Source: Nemertoderma westbladi
Taxonomy: Eukaryota > Animalia > Xenacoelomorpha
Reading direction: 5' to 3'
Assembly: GCA_032718475.1 (NCBI GenBank)
Contig: JAUCBJ010005137.1
Coordinates: 62,001 to 126,000 of the forward strand
Length of the DNA: 64,000 nt
The notes beneath the pieces were generated by a model that saw only the letters and a program-made list of their open reading frames with translations, was not told the DNA's origin and did no database searches. The number at the start of each line of letters is the position of its first letter. Position 1 is the first letter of the stretch. Below, one piece after another: positions 1-10,259 of this stretch. The translations under genes and the position numbers were made by a program.

Positions 1-29
1 GCGTGTGACCCTGCTCAGATTGTTCAGAT

Positions 30-600
30 AATTTTAGGCTGAACTGCTGTCTGACTGTTGTTGAGTTTGGAGAGATTACGGCGTGTGTAGAGTTTGTCTG
101 ATAAAGTGCCGTTAGTAAGTTGGGGCAGCCATATGCGGTAAGGTCAATCCCCTCTTAAAGAATAAGTCGTACTACCGTGTTAGAACGCATACTAACTAAC
201 AGTTTCAGAGTCTGCATATACTGTAGTTTATTTAGGCTTGATCGTAGTCTGCCAGTGTTTTAGCCTGTGTTTGTTTGTGTGGTCTGTTCAGGTACCGTAA
301 TAGTTATTACTCAAATATTTGTAGGCTGGATTGTTGTCTAGCTATTTTTAGGTCTGAAGGGATTGCTGCGTGTGTAGAGTTGGTCTGATCAAGTGCCGTT
401 AGTAAGTTGGGGCAGCCATAAGCGGTAAGGTCAATCCCCTCTTAAAAGAGTAAGTCGTACTACCGTGTTAGAACGCATACTAACTAACAGTTTCAGAATC
501 TGCACATACTGTAGTTTTTTTTAGGCTTGATAGTAGTTTGCCAGCGTTTGGTTTGTATTTGTTTGAGTATTCTGTACGGGTAGCGTAATATTTATTATTC
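30..600 (+). repeat. ~287-bp direct repeat (2 copies) in the retroelement leader
   Basis: GCGTGTGTAGAGTT..GTGCCGTTAGTAAGTTGGGGCAGCCAT..TACTACCGTGTTAGAACGCATACTAACTAACAGTTTCAGA at ~81 and ~368. Confidence 0.85.
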
Positions 601-1529
601 AGAGTTTATGCGATTATTCGCAACATTCATGTCCCCAAGTTTATTCCTACAGTAATTGTGCTTGTTATACATACCATTATAGTTAAATTAACTCCGGTAC
701 TACACGGGCTGCTTGGCGTAGGTAAAGACTGGAGATTTTGTGCTTCGGTCACTCCAGCAGATGCCGTGGTTCTTTTAACTGTTCAAGTATATTTAACTAC
801 TGATTATTTGTCATACCGGTACTTGTACCTAATTTAGGGTTTAGTGTACAGTGCTTTCCGAAGTAATTAGTGTAGGCAGTATATTTGTGTTGTAAAGTGG
901 TTGATAGGCACATTCGTTAGCTCTATTAGCTTCTGGGTAGGAACAATCCGTGATACATAACGTAGTACCTATAGCGATACGGTTATAGGTCGTCAGGCGG
1001 TGGTATTTTCCTATCTGGGCAGTACAATATATTTACTACTACTTATTATTTAAATACCGTAGTACCCTGTCCTTTGTAATAACCAGAAATCTAACCCTTT
1101 GTTGGACTGGTTTGTAGACTTCCTGTAAAATTACCCTAAAAATTTCGTACGTAATATTTTTGTTGTGTTTAATTAGAGAATTAATCTCACCCGTATCGTA
1201 AGTAATTTGTAGTATTAAGTAACTTAGGTAAATTAGAATTATCAGTTTTAGTGTCAAATAAATAGCACTTCACTGAGAGCGCACAGCTTCTGTGTAGTGA
1301 CCCCCCAGAAATAATGACATTTATTTCAAATATTGACAAAAAACCCATTTTAAACGGGTATATAAATATTATAAATCAACTCAAACGATTTATAAATAGT
1401 AGGCCTGCCATACAACAACTAGGTCTCAATATCAGTTGGACTACTGCTTAAATAACGGTAATAAAGTAAGTTAAAGTAACTAAGTAACCCTAAGATATTC
1501 AGAAATTCAATTATTCTAAAATAATTGAC

Positions 1530-1790
1530 ATACCGGTATTTATCATAGGCTTATTATATTTATTTCTATAAATTTGTGCTGAAATCATACCGGTACTCTG
1601 TAATTAATTATAGTCCAGAATTATACTTATATACTATAAGTGTAGGCTGTATACCGGTATTCACGATAGGCCTATTATATATTTATATATATTTGTGCTA
1701 AAATTATATACCGGTACTCTGTGACAAATCTAGTCTGTAATAATACTTATATATATATTATAAGCATACCGGTATTCTAATATATTATAT
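1530..1790 (+). repeat. ~120-bp degenerate tandem repeat in the leader, punctuated by ATACCGGTA
   Basis: Unit ATACCGGTATT..ATAGGC.TATTATAT..ATTTGTGCT..ATACCGGTACTCTGT occurs twice, plus a partial third. Confidence 0.6.
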
Positions 1791-1911
1791 ATATATCACG
1801 CTACACTGAGTAGCAGTATCGGTAATTAATTATTAGGCTAACAGTGATACTGAATTACTAGACTTGCTTTAACTGTAATATAGCAGTAGGCATTCAACTG
1901 TACAATCAAAC

Positions 1912-4900
1912 ATGGCTGACACAAGGCAAACTCTGTCAGATAGTCTCCTAGAAACAACAGCCTGTTTCTCAGATCAAAGTGTAGAGAATCCCAGACCGAG
2001 GTCTGAAACCCCTCATACTGTAAGAAGGGCAACCCCTGCAGTGGTTGTGACAGAACCTAGGTTGGTAGAAAAGATTTCGCAATTTGCGAAGTTAGTGAAG
2101 CGCCGTTGGTCTGCCATAGGCACTCGGGCCCAAGTCAAGCGGGATCAAGAAGAAGCTATAAAACAGCAGCAACCTCCTAGCCAAGAACCTAGTTCTCAGC
2201 GGCCCGATAGCTCCAGTAGTTCGGATACTGTTGAGCGGACGCCCGAACGCGGAGCGAAGATGGCGGATACGGTTTATGATGGGCGGCCAGCCTGTGGGGA
2301 ATCAACCGACGCCACTTCTTCTCAAGTGGAAAGTGAGGTGGAAGGCGAAGTGGAAAGTGAGGTGGAAGGCGAAGTGGAAAGTGAGGTGGAAAGCGAAGTG
2401 GAAAGCGAATTAACATCAGCAGAGAAGCCGCGAACTAGAGACGCTATCGACATTTATTTGTCCGACTATCAGCGATTCCTAGGAGACGAAGAGTTGAGGA
2501 GACGGCTGTCTGGACTTTCCCCTAATAGTGAAGGAACCAAGCTTGTGTTGGACTCAATCGATGCCGAAATGTTAGCTGCAAACCAAGCTGAATGTGATGA
2601 AAAACTCCGCCTCATTAGAGTCCGAGAAGAACAAATAAAGAAAAGAAGGATAGAGGAACAAAAGGCGGCGGCTATGGCGGTGGCTACGGCAGAAGCAGAA
2701 GCAGAAAGAAAGGCAGCTGCGGCAGAAGCAAAGGCGGAAAGGGCAGTGGCCGAAGCAGAACGGAGAGCATCTGAGCAGATTACCCAACTGGAGTTGGAGA
2801 ATCTGCAAGAGACGCAAGACAGTATAAATAAACAGTTTACTGCTAATCAAATGCAGATGATGAGTCGATCTACTCCCAAGCGCCAAGGATACACATCATC
2901 GGAGGAAGGCGAGACCACCGATCCTGAAGGCGGAGGAAATAGATCTCGTCTAAGCAGGCGTAGAAAAACATCTCACCGTCATAAACTGCCTGATTTGCCC
3001 CCCGCTGTTAAAAGACAGCTAACTAGCACAGATTTAGGTAGTGCAGAACCCATAGAACAATTTATCCAGGTCAAAAGACTCCCTACTATAGTCGATGAAC
3101 CTGAAATAATTAGGCCTGTAGTTCCCAAAGTCACTTCTGTGCTAGAGACCCCTACACTTCCAGAGCTTAACTCTAAATTCCCTTTACATAGCACTACACT
3201 GCCTGTACCCGGTGGAACAGTCCATGCAAATACCCCTGTCCAGATAGCAGAGAGAGAAATCAATAATTTGTCTCCCGTCGTCCCGCGTCAGCCCGCTACT
3301 ATGTTGGCGACTCCCGCTTCGGCGGTTGAGTGGGTGGAAGAGGGACGGCGGGGGATGAATCTCCTGCTGGGACAGATGCAGGAGACTGTCCACCAACTTA
3401 AGGGAACAGTGAGGGAAGGTAGAGCAGAGTTGCAAGAAGTGCAGCAAAGTATCGCGCTAGAACGCGACAAATTAGTCAATATACAAAAAGGCATACCAAT
3501 GCCCCCTGTAACATTGTGTCAACCCGTTAGGTCTGAAGTATTACATGCGCAAGGTGTGGAGCCTACACGCATCTATACTGCTAGTGAAGTTGAAACTCCT
3601 ATAGCAAACCCTATTAAGGGTGATTATAGACCTGTTATTAATGATATTCCCTATAGACCTGATAATGATCCGAGAAATTTATATACCGATAATTCGATAT
3701 TAAATAACACGATGGTCCAAGAAAGCTTTACGCGTCAGATGGCTAGAACAGAAGCCCGCCAAGCGGTCAAAGTGGGAGAGATCGTCAAATTCAATGGAGA
3801 TGAGATGAAATGGTTACCTTTCAACGAATATTACAAAGATAGCATACAGAACTCTGTACTATCTAACGGAGAGAAACTTAGATTCCTCATCAAGTGCTTG
3901 GAAGGACCTCCCAAGTTAATGGCGTTAAAGTTTATTGGACATCCAAATGGATTAAGACAAGTTTGGGATACACTAAACATCAGGTATGGTAACAAGGATA
4001 ACATAGCTAAGTATTTGTATGCAAAATTAGTAGCCCCCCGACACTTCCTTAGTAGCGAGATTATAGAGTTTTCCGATGAAATTCAAGAGATCTGTAGACA
4101 ACTGGACTGGTTAGGTAAGTCGCATGAATATCAGAGTTCCATGGTTATTGGAGCCGTAGTCTCTACTTTACCAAAGGGTGGAGTATGTACACGCTGGGAC
4201 AAGAAAGTGTTGTACATGAATGAACAACAACGACGAAGTCCTACCATGGCTGATCTCATGTCTTTCTTAGATAGTGAAGTAAAATTACAACTCATAAGGC
4301 AGTCCAGAGAGAAAACATCGGAAAATAAGGTAAGTGAGAAACCCGATTCTAGGAGAAGGATAATACCAGTGTGTTATACTGACGACGGCGAAAGCCAAGC
4401 TTCTCAAGAAGAGGACAGCGGGAAAGACACAGCAAAATCTTACTATGACAACAAGACCTATAAAGACGTAAGTAAATACAAGTCTCGAACCAGTGACAGG
4501 AGAGAACAGGTAACAACAACTCCCCCTACGTCTCCTAAGAGAATTCACGGAAGAAAGCCCGAAGAAAGAACGAGGGTGCAGAACGTTAACCAAGTTAAGG
4601 TGAGTAACATCAAACCAAAATGTGCGCTGTGCGACGGGCCCCACCGTTTGAGTGCGTGTGCAGAATTCCTAAAGAAATCCATGGCAGATAGACGTGGAGT
4701 CCTGTGGGATAAGCGGTTATGTTATAACTGTCTCAGACGCGGACACCAGCGGCGAACCTGTTACTCTGACGCAAGGTGTGCTAAGTGCGGCGCGAAACAT
4801 CATAGCTTGTTACACACGGAATTCGAACGAAACAGCCCGAGTCAGGTAAGTGAGCCCAAATCACATGTCCAATTCAGTGATGTGAACGACACTGACCAAA

Positions 4901-6048
4901 GTTCTGAGTGGGAAGGATTCTATACAGACGAATTCTCCGATGCCAACGAATCCTGTTATCTAATAAATACCACAGTGTATCGAGCACTTACGGATGAAAA
5001 GGACACTGACGAGTTTACTCCAACTCCTTTTGACAAACAACCATCTTGGAAAGTTCCAACTTCCAACATAGGAATAAGAGAATTTCCTGTAGTGCAAGTT
5101 CGAGTTCATGGTCCCAACAAGAGTTACATAGTGAACGCCCTACTTGACTCCGGCAGCACAGGAACATTCATCGATCAAGAACTAGCCGAAGATATCTTTG
5201 CTGGACAACCCAAGTTCCGGACTAAATTGAATATGTCAGGAATTATGCAGGTTTGGAAATCTACCCTAACGGCAGATTACTATGTAGGTGCGTTGTCCAC
5301 CCCCCAGGATAAATTAGGAGCACAAAGTATAAGGTCAGTAAAAATGGTGGCTATAAAGAACTTCGCTACTACCCAAGCAGACCTTTATAATTGGGACGAG
5401 GATGAGAGCATCCAACATCTTAAGATACCTCGATTCCAGACGGATTATCCTGGAGTGCAAATACTTATCGGCCAAAACGCGCACGAGGCGCTCGAGACAT
5501 TGGAAAAACGACCTGCTCAACCGCAGCCACTACAAACCTATGCGGTAAGAACTAGAGTAGGTTGGTACTTCACTGGCCCTTCCCGTAGAACTCTCAAAGA
5601 GAGATTACCTCAACAACAGGTATACCAAGTAAAGGGGGAAGTGGAGAGCAGTGATGTGGACGACCCAACTGAGGGAACACCATACTCCTCAGATAATGAC
5701 GATATTAACTCCAATGTAGATCAATGGAGACATTGCCTTGGGACGATTAATCCAGCCGACATCGCTTCCAGAGGAGCAACTCCTCAAGAACTGATAGATA
5801 CTCCAGGCTGGTTAGGTGGACCCGACTCCCTAAGTAAAGAAGAAGATGAATGGCCTCCCCACCTTAACCCGGCTGAGATTAGACAGGCCAAGGGAGCGGA
5901 GAAAGTAACACGACAACCCAATCACCCAGCTGGTCGTTTATGTTTACTGGAAAGAGACCAAAAACTGTCCGGAAACTATGGAAGGCAAGATACTCTTCCT
6001 ACGACCACTTCCCTAATCCGACAAATATCTAGGGACTCCATAACATAA
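1912..6048 (+). CDS. BEL/Pao Gag (DUF1759-like core, three CCHC knuckles) + aspartic protease + short in-frame Pol remnants; no RT or integrase core
   Basis: KFNGDEMKWLPF..LSNGEKLRFLIKCLEG; CALCDGPHRLSAC / CYNCLRRGHQRRTC / CAKCGAKHHSLLH; ALLDSGSTGTFI; AVRTRVGWYFTGP; WRHCLGTINPADIASRG..WLGGP..WP (Pao RNase H tail); HPAGRLCLLE (like the Pao integrase C-terminus). Confidence 0.93.
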   Translation: MADTRQTLSDSLLETTACFSDQSVENPRPRSETPHTVRRATPAVVVTEPRLVEKISQFAKLVKRRWSAIGTRAQVKRDQEEAIKQQQPPSQEPSSQRPDSSSSSDTVERTPERGAKMADTVYDGRPACGESTDATSSQVESEVEGEVESEVEGEVESEVESEVESELTSAEKPRTRDAIDIYLSDYQRFLGDEELRRRLSGLSPNSEGTKLVLDSIDAEMLAANQAECDEKLRLIRVREEQIKKRRIEEQKAAAMAVATAEAEAERKAAAAEAKAERAVAEAERRASEQITQLELENLQETQDSINKQFTANQMQMMSRSTPKRQGYTSSEEGETTDPEGGGNRSRLSRRRKTSHRHKLPDLPPAVKRQLTSTDLGSAEPIEQFIQVKRLPTIVDEPEIIRPVVPKVTSVLETPTLPELNSKFPLHSTTLPVPGGTVHANTPVQIAEREINNLSPVVPRQPATMLATPASAVEWVEEGRRGMNLLLGQMQETVHQLKGTVREGRAELQEVQQSIALERDKLVNIQKGIPMPPVTLCQPVRSEVLHAQGVEPTRIYTASEVETPIANPIKGDYRPVINDIPYRPDNDPRNLYTDNSILNNTMVQESFTRQMARTEARQAVKVGEIVKFNGDEMKWLPFNEYYKDSIQNSVLSNGEKLRFLIKCLEGPPKLMALKFIGHPNGLRQVWDTLNIRYGNKDNIAKYLYAKLVAPRHFLSSEIIEFSDEIQEICRQLDWLGKSHEYQSSMVIGAVVSTLPKGGVCTRWDKKVLYMNEQQRRSPTMADLMSFLDSEVKLQLIRQSREKTSENKVSEKPDSRRRIIPVCYTDDGESQASQEEDSGKDTAKSYYDNKTYKDVSKYKSRTSDRREQVTTTPPTSPKRIHGRKPEERTRVQNVNQVKVSNIKPKCALCDGPHRLSACAEFLKKSMADRRGVLWDKRLCYNCLRRGHQRRTCYSDARCAKCGAKHHSLLHTEFERNSPSQVSEPKSHVQFSDVNDTDQSSEWEGFYTDEFSDANESCYLINTTVYRALTDEKDTDEFTPTPFDKQPSWKVPTSNIGIREFPVVQVRVHGPNKSYIVNALLDSGSTGTFIDQELAEDIFAGQPKFRTKLNMSGIMQVWKSTLTADYYVGALSTPQDKLGAQSIRSVKMVAIKNFATTQADLYNWDEDESIQHLKIPRFQTDYPGVQILIGQNAHEALETLEKRPAQPQPLQTYAVRTRVGWYFTGPSRRTLKERLPQQQVYQVKGEVESSDVDDPTEGTPYSSDNDDINSNVDQWRHCLGTINPADIASRGATPQELIDTPGWLGGPDSLSKEEDEWPPHLNPAEIRQAKGAEKVTRQPNHPAGRLCLLERDQKLSGNYGRQDTLPTTTSLIRQISRDSIT

Positions 6049-6594
6049 TAACATATGGAGTGGGTGTGTGATTATATCATTTTATATTTGTTTTTTATTT
6101 TATATTTATGTATGTATTATTACGTAATTTTATTATAATCGTTTTCTTTAATTTTATTTAGTAGAATGTTATTTTAGCGATTATTTAGTAAATTAGTGCA
6201 ATATATTAGTGTTTATTACGTACTTGATTACTTATAATATATTTAGTGCGACGGCATGAAATAATTATTTTTCTCTTTCCTTACTGTCCGTATTATATTA
6301 TAAATGCGAGACTATAGTAAGATGACATGTCAGTACTTATTAAAGTACAATAAAGCCACTACTATATTTAAGTATTATTGGTAGGCAGAGTATTAGGAAT
6401 GCAAAGTTCAGATCCTCGTGTCTCGGCTAAACCAAGCTCTGGGTAGACCTTGGAAACGACTTGCCTCTTCACACTGACATTGCTTCGTGCGATATTGCTC
6501 TTCTACCTTATAACAAATAATACATATAGTAGCGTGATGTCCCTCTAACAGTAGCGTAAAACGCAAATAAAGCTGTTAAATCTTTTGACCATCT

Positions 6595-6870
6595 GTAATT
6601 CTAGTCGATTAAGATATCGTGGCACCCACCGATATACTTGAAAGACAAATTCTAGAATCAGTGGTTAACGTCCCCAGACAAGTTCTGGAATAAATCGGTG
6701 CCCATCCTAAATATTAATTTAATATTTTGTTAAAATCTGTAAAATCCCGATCCTTTAAAATTTCTAGTCAATTAAGATATCGCAGTATTTACCGATATTC
6801 TTAGAAGGACTATTTTATAGAATTAAGGATCCTGAGTCCCCAGACATGCTCTGGAATAAAATTTATGTCA
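6595..6870 (+). repeat. ~165-bp direct repeat in the inter-ORF spacer (also present in copy B, ~10900-11165)
   Basis: TTCTAGTC.ATTAAGATATCG...ACCGATA...CCCAGAC...TCTGGAATAAA twice in each element copy. Confidence 0.7.
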
Positions 6871-7662
6871 ATTTAATATCAAATAATAAAATTCACGGGA
6901 ATAAATTTAAATTCATATTCAAATGAATTTCATAAATTGTCATTTTGTACAATTTATAACATTCCCAAAATTCCAGTAATTAATAGATCATGGGAGCGGA
7001 GATTCATATTGAGTGTACTAGAGTGTGAGAATCTCCAACATATAGTCAATAGCCGATAAAATTTATAAAATCATGCATAAAGAGGATATTGACAATTAAA
7101 GAATTACTATTAAATAACATCCCAGATCTGTATGCATGAGGATTGCCCTAATTCTACCGCTAGTTTTCCATAATGTCACCATGGCAACACCATTAGAAAC
7201 AAGTTAAAGGACCAATAAAAGCTTGCCCCATTGCGTAGCATAAGAGTATACATAGCGCACTATTAGTATCCAAGGATACATAGTAATAACGTGACATTCT
7301 GGAAGACAATGACTAACGGACAAAATGGCTTGCATGTGTGCAGTAAGTAATGATTGTATGGAATTTGTGCGTTTATAGGTGAATGATACTACTAAAGTGT
7401 GTTTACAGTAGCTAATCGCAATTGTAAAGTAGCATAACTCTACCGAGATAACCTCAAGTGGATTCAAGCCTTTGGGACGGACAGTGGTGGGACTTGTGTC
7501 GATTGTCGTTGTCGTGCTGTTGCTACATGTTGGCGCAAACACCGCGACAACGGTACATCGGCGCTGAGAAACCCACTGTCCGGGGTCAAAGACTAGTAGG
7601 CAGCGACGCCCGGTTGCCTAAATATTGACTCATACTAATATTAATAAACTCAGATAGCAGAT

Positions 7663-8952
7663 ATGACGGAATTAATAGAAGATGACCTTGGTATTAGAGA
7701 GCGATATACTCTACCTTTACAAGCGTTTGTGGATAGATTGATACGCGGTGAAGCCGATCCGACTATTACGGAGGACGATGGTCGTTATATCGAACCGCCG
7801 ATGTCCCAAGAGCAACTTACGCGTGAATTGGACTATCGAAAATTAACCGCTCGCTATACGCATCGTAATGGTACGTATATGGACTTCTTAACTACCGGCC
7901 ATCCTATCGATTTACATGATACGGACGATGTAGACACCCTAAAGGGAAATGGTTCTATTTAAATATCATACCCAGCGGAGTCGTAACGATAAACCGAGAA
8001 TAGATCACGAAAATTCTATTCGTAACAGACTGGGAAGACGAACCAATATGCCTAGAATCTGAGGAGATTCAGCCTATCGCGCTCGGAACAGCGACAACGA
8101 TTACATCCTAGAATGGTATCAAGGTCCACAGTGTCTCACTGCGTACGATTATCGCCATGCCAACTATGTTTCTCGGCAACGTTGTCGGTTATGCGCATCG
8201 AGAGACCATGTTACGCCCATGGACACAAACGTCCGCTGTTCCTATTTCCACAAACAACCGGCGATGGAAATTTATTGAGCGTATTGCAGATTTAATAATT
8301 TGCATATTTTTGCGGTTTGCCCTCAATTTATGACTCAATGTCACCACTGTCCACTAAAGGGACACGCCAGTTTCGATTGCCCTTTTAATCGCGATTTGGA
8401 AAGCGTAGATGAAATGATCACACTACGTTACATTAGAGCTTGGGAAGCGAACGCTGATTTACATCGTGATTCGCGCCATCGCTATTATCCTGGACGCGCT
8501 TACGAAGGAATTTATGCGTTCCATCCTTATCTATTCGCTTCTGTCGAACAGAAATCACGCATATCGAGTTACAGGAAGTATATCGACGGCCTTACGAGTA
8601 CCGAGCCCGCGAACGCGAGTTGGAAAGAACCATTAAACCAAGGAAGTTTCTAACTGCCTATGGTCCACCCACGGCCCTCATTCAGACCACTCGTAAAGGA
8701 CCCGTAAGAGCGGCTGTCTTAAAACGAGCTCTCAAAGCCGTTAGACCCCTCTCCCCCGACGTTGATGTCAATCAACTCGGCACTTCGACCGGCGGATATA
8801 CCGATCGCAATCCCATACCTTCTGATGCAATCATATTGCACCCTTCACCCAGGAGTTATAGCCCTCCTAGTAAAGTGGCTCGCCCCAAAGAGAAAAGGAC
8901 TCTTGCTAGCTTCAAAAAACTGCGTAAACGCCGTCCGCGCAAGAAAGACTAA
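7663..8952 (+). pseudogene. Deleted and frameshifted copy of ORF2 (exonuclease domain removed)
   Basis: Colinear with 11977-16230 but lacks ~12346-15150 and a 160-bp segment (15691-15850); frameshifts and a premature TGA. Confidence 0.92.
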
Positions 8953-9030
8953 CTGTTTAGAGTATTTTTATATTTTAGAAACTGTGATTTTGTATATTTT
9001 ATAGACTTAAATCCCATTTTCTGGGAGCGG

Positions 9031-10259
9031 TGTAAAAGCTTTTGTGGGATAACTGATACGTTTGCCTTTGCTAGCCAGTTCCCCCCCAGGCGCTGGAATA
9101 CTCTAAAAGGGTTCTCCAACTGTATATATATTCCCCTCGCCCGCAAGGTACCTTTACAGGTGTTTTAACGGACATAAAAATCATTCTGCTATATACGTGT
9201 TTTGGCGGACATGGTAAGGCAAAAAACTTGTAATGCACCAACTACCTTTCACAGCTTAGCCGTGATGATTCATATTACGACATCTAACAGCTGGTTGCTG
9301 ACATGGAAACAGCCATTGGATGTATGGTTCTTTGTTTGGCTTGAGCCAATCAGAGCGATTTTTCCTGTCGACGTGTAGCTTTTAGTCGATCATAAGGAGA
9401 GTGTTCAGTCTTACTGCCTTACTTGATACTTTGTTGTTATTGCTGTCTAAGCCAGAAACACCGGCTCTAAGAACTCTAGTAAAACTGCTTAGATTATAGA
9501 AAGTATAACTGTTACCGGCGGCGGTGTTACCTCACTTAATTTAACTGCACTAATCATATTGTTTGTACTGCTATTTACCGTCAGTTATTAATTGTATCTA
9601 TTTGTTGATGGAAATATTGCTCTTTGGAGAATACGGATAAATCACCCAAAATTCCCAATTTTCTTGATACACTTCAGGTTAGAGAGGCGGGCTATACATA
9701 ACAATTGCGATTTATATTAATGTGGTGTGTATTGAATCCAAAGTTATTTAGCAGACCCTACGTGAGTCAATTGCTGCTCTCTTTATGTGTGATCAAATAT
9801 ACTGACGGTCGGCAGAATAGTGTGCATGATTGTGAGTGTGATGTGACTGGTAACAAAGCATTTCCTAAAGAATGCGACTTATACTTTAATCATAAGCCTT
9901 ATCGTTGCGTTTAGTATAAGTCCTAGCTCTGTTTAAATAGATAGAGCGCCACGTCATAAAGGAACTGTTAATATTTCCCGAAAGTTAATAATATCTGTCA
10001 GAAATTACATATTAGCGATCAATCGAATAATACAGTAGGCTTACACTGCAACCTTACACTGCAATAATAAAATCTAAGCATCCGAATTCAGCCTCCCGGG
10101 TGTAGATCCATCGGGTGAATGATCGCGCATGGGCTGGCTTCGGCTAATGTTTTGTTTATTAGCATAAAATATTGTCGTATGCTAAAGGTGTGTTAATTAA
10201 CTAAAAGACATATAAATTTTGGCAGGTTAAACTGCTAAAGGTCTTCAAAAGCGCGAACA
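9031..10259 (+). mobile_element. 3' LTR of copy A (1229 bp, TG...CA)
   Basis: Follows PPT (9023-9030); its ends match the solo LTR 25471-26659, whose limits are fixed by a TSD. Confidence 0.92.

Larger units (their letters stand above)
1..10259 (+). mobile_element. Non-autonomous BEL/Pao LTR retrotransposon, copy A (5' LTR outside window): leader, gag-protease ORF, 1.6-kb spacer, internally deleted ORF2, PPT, 3' LTR
   Basis: BEL/Pao Gag and protease motifs in 1912-6048; purine tract GGGAGCGG then TGTAAAAG...GCGCGAACA LTR (9031-10259); 5954-~9430 is repeated at 10260-16718. Confidence 0.88.

Noticed and set aside
97-210. Possible hammerhead ribozyme in the leader repeat
   Set aside because: CTGATAAA / CTGATCAA is not the CUGAUGA core and there is no correctly placed GAAA
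2189-5520. Antisense and overlapping short ORFs within ORF1 (likewise within ORF2, MLH1 and the RING gene)
   Set aside because: Shadow frames with no recognisable motifs, many with non-ATG starts
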